Source: Candidatus Lustribacter sp. (GTDB lineage: Bacteria > Vulcanimicrobiota > Vulcanimicrobiia > Vulcanimicrobiales > Vulcanimicrobiaceae). From it: a stretch of DNA of 64,000 nucleotides. Below the pieces are notes generated by a model that was not told the origin of the DNA, ran no database searches, and worked only from the letters and a program-made list of their open reading frames with translations. Position 1 is the first letter of the stretch; every line of letters begins with the position of its first letter. The DNA lies in contig OZ255842.1 of the NCBI GenBank assembly GCA_965277805.1, positions 4,128,001 through 4,192,000 on the forward strand. The letters are read 5' to 3'. The translations under genes and the position numbers were made by a program. Shown here in pieces: positions 62,307 through 64,000 of the stretch.

Positions 62307-63319
62307 TCGGCTGAAGTATTGGACGGCGGTGCGCTCGACCCCCGCACGACGAGGTGGCCGCTGAAGCGCAGGGTGGTCGGCGGACGTTCGGCTTCGGCCG
62401 GCTCGGCGAGCCGTTCCGTCACCAGTTCGACCGCCAGCAGCGCCATCTCGCGCAACGGCAACGCGTAGCACGTGAGCGGCGGATTTTGCGCCGCGTACCA
62501 ATCGGGATCTTCGAACGCGGCCAGCGACACGTCGGCGGGCACCGCAGCGCCGAGATCTTTGAGCGCGCGCAACACGCCGACCGTGAGCGGTCCGGCGCTC
62601 GAGAAAATTGCCGTCGGTTTATTTTCGTGCGCGAGCAGGTCGCGCGTCGCGCGATAACCGTGATCGGGCGTGTACGGTCCGCGCTCGACGCGCGCGGAGA
62701 GGCCGGCGCCGCGCATCGCTTCACGGTAACCGGCGATACGATAGCGTGTCGTCGAGAGCGATTCCGGACCGGCAATCATCGCGATTCGCCGGTGTTTTAG
62801 CCCAATAAGGTGCGAAGCCAGCGCCGCCGCGCCCTCGCGATCGTCGCTCACGATCGCGTCGTACAAACCTTCTTCGGTATGTCGCAGCAGCTCGACGATC
62901 GGAATGCGTTTGGGCGCCGAGGGCAAGCCGCGCGCGCCCGTCGGCGTCGACGGGACGTAGACGATCGCATCGACGCGAAACTCGGTCAGCGTGTTCAAAT
63001 ACGAGCGATCGCTCTCGGCCTCGTTGTTCGTGATACACAACAGCAGGCGATAACCGCGCGCTTCGAACGCGCCCTGCAGCACGCTCGCCGTCTCGGCGTA
63101 GAAGTCGTTGCGGATGTCCGGCACGATCAGGCCGACCGTCATGGTCTGTTTCGAACGCAGTGCTCGTGCGAGGGCATTGGGCCGATACCCGAGCCGCCGC
63201 GCCTCGGCCACGACACGCGCTCGCGTCGCATCGTCCACGTAACGCGCCCCGCTCAAGGCGCGCGAGATCGTTGCCGGCGAGAGGCCGGTGCTGACCGCCA
63301 CGTCGCGCAGGGTCGCCAT
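62300..63319 (-). CDS. LacI-family transcriptional regulator
   Basis: MATLRDVA..TGLSPATISRAL, LGYRPNALARAL, sugar-binding domain; start ATG 63319. Confidence 0.95.
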   Translation of the reverse strand: MATLRDVAVSTGLSPATISRALSGARYVDDATRARVVAEARRLGYRPNALARALRSKQTMTVGLIVPDIRNDFYAETASVLQGAFEARGYRLLLCITNNEAESDRSYLNTLTEFRVDAIVYVPSTPTGARGLPSAPKRIPIVELLRHTEEGLYDAIVSDDREGAAALASHLIGLKHRRIAMIAGPESLSTTRYRIAGYREAMRGAGLSARVERGPYTPDHGYRATRDLLAHENKPTAIFSSAGPLTVGVLRALKDLGAAVPADVSLAAFEDPDWYAAQNPPLTCYALPLREMALLAVELVTERLAEPAEAERPPTTLRFSGHLVVRGSSAPPSNTSADL

Positions 63320-63329
63320 GCCGCATAGG

Positions 63330-63349
63330 TTCTGAAATCGATTGCAGAA
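63330..63349. promoter_or_regulatory. LacI-family operator, copy 2 (autoregulatory)
   Basis: TTCTGAAATCGATTGCAGAA, 11 nt upstream of the lacI-family start. Confidence 0.75.
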
Positions 63350-63494
63350 GTCCCGTCGCACTTCGAAAACATCACGGCGCGGCACGGTTCTCGCGACCTG
63401 TTGTTCGCAATCACGGGCTCGACCGACACGCGCGGCCAAGTTCATGAGCCGGATAGCGAGCAACTGTATCAATACGGGCCGCATTTAGAAGTCA

Positions 63495-64000
63495 GTGAAG
63501 AATCGCGGCGCTCTGGTCGCCATCGGCGCCCTGGCGCTTGCGTGGGGCTACAACTGGGTCGTCATCAAGATCGCCACGGGCGGCGCTTCCCCGTTCGCGC
63601 TCGTTGCGTTGCGCATGGTGCTTGGGGCGGCCGCGCTGTTCGTCGTATCCGCACTGGCCCGCAAGTCGCTGAAGTCGCCGCCACCGGGCCCGACCGCGCT
63701 GATCGGCTTTTTCCAGGTTACGCTGATGACGACGCTCCAGACGCTCGCGCTCTCCACCGGCGGCGCCGGCAAGACCACGCTGCTCGTCTATACGTTTCCG
63801 TTTTGGATCGCGCTCCTCTCGACTCGCTGGCTCGATGAGAAGCTGACGCGCACGGGCTGGATCGCGGTCGGAGTCGCCGCGGTGGGCCTCGGCTTCGTGC
63901 TCTACCCGCTCGACCTCGGCCACGACCTACTGAGCAAAGGCTTTGCCCTCGCTTCCGCGTTGTCGTGGGCCATCGGCGCCGTAATCACCAAACGCTTCCG
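63495..64000 (+). CDS. EamA/DMT-family transporter; 5' part only, runs off the window
   Basis: Manual translation from GTG 63495: ..LAWGYNWVVIKIA...PFALVALR...GAGKTTLLVYTFPFW..LL....L.EKL. Confidence 0.88.
   Translation, partial: MKNRGALVAIGALALAWGYNWVVIKIATGGASPFALVALRMVLGAAALFVVSALARKSLKSPPPGPTALIGFFQVTLMTTLQTLALSTGGAGKTTLLVYTFPFWIALLSTRWLDEKLTRTGWIAVGVAAVGLGFVLYPLDLGHDLLSKGFALASALSWAIGAVITKRF

Noticed and set aside
63350-63494. Possible gene remnant between the LacI gene and EamA
   Set aside because: Open frames exist on both strands, but I recognise no motif and cannot support a call.

Overview
High-GC bacterial chromosomal window with no rRNA, tRNA, CRISPR array or recognisable mobile element. 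An LptA-like gene together with a Firmicutes/Actinobacteria-type SigB module suggests a diderm Terrabacteria lineage such as Eremiobacterota/Vulcanimicrobiota (inference only). Left to right it holds: an NHEJ cluster (Ku; LigD split into POL and PE-LIG genes; a GAF-PP2C phosphatase coupled to ligD); two GT-C-like membrane proteins; serA with a PspA-like phosphatase; a Rieske oxygenase and beta-carbonic anhydrase; a housekeeping run (mreB-lptA-rarA-iscS...alaS, murA) carrying a ytxG-ytxH-rsbV-rsbW-sigB module; a glycogen/trehalose operon (glgX-treZ-malQ-GH13/glgE fusion-treS/mak-glgB); a general-stress block (Mn catalase, hemerythrin, DUF4142, HAD, Hsp20, GH130 with a 748-aa unknown, MntH, several microproteins); and a LacI-controlled catabolic operon (atypical M24 enzyme, TPP E1a/E1b, beta-hydroxyacid dehydrogenase, E2). 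Main observations: (1) a recurring SigB/SigF-type promoter GT(T/G)T(A/C/T)-N15/16-GG(G/T)(T/C/G)A in front of at least 7 transcription units, including the sigB operon itself; (2) an uncharacterised catabolic operon with a Cys-substituted M24 enzyme and two copies of a LacI-type operator; (3) mreB apparently starting at ATC; (4) a CIRCE-like box over a sigma70 promoter upstream of hsp20; (5) an Sm/Hfq-like microprotein and an unknown GH130-partnered protein in the stress block. All calls come from reading motifs by eye; no database search was run.
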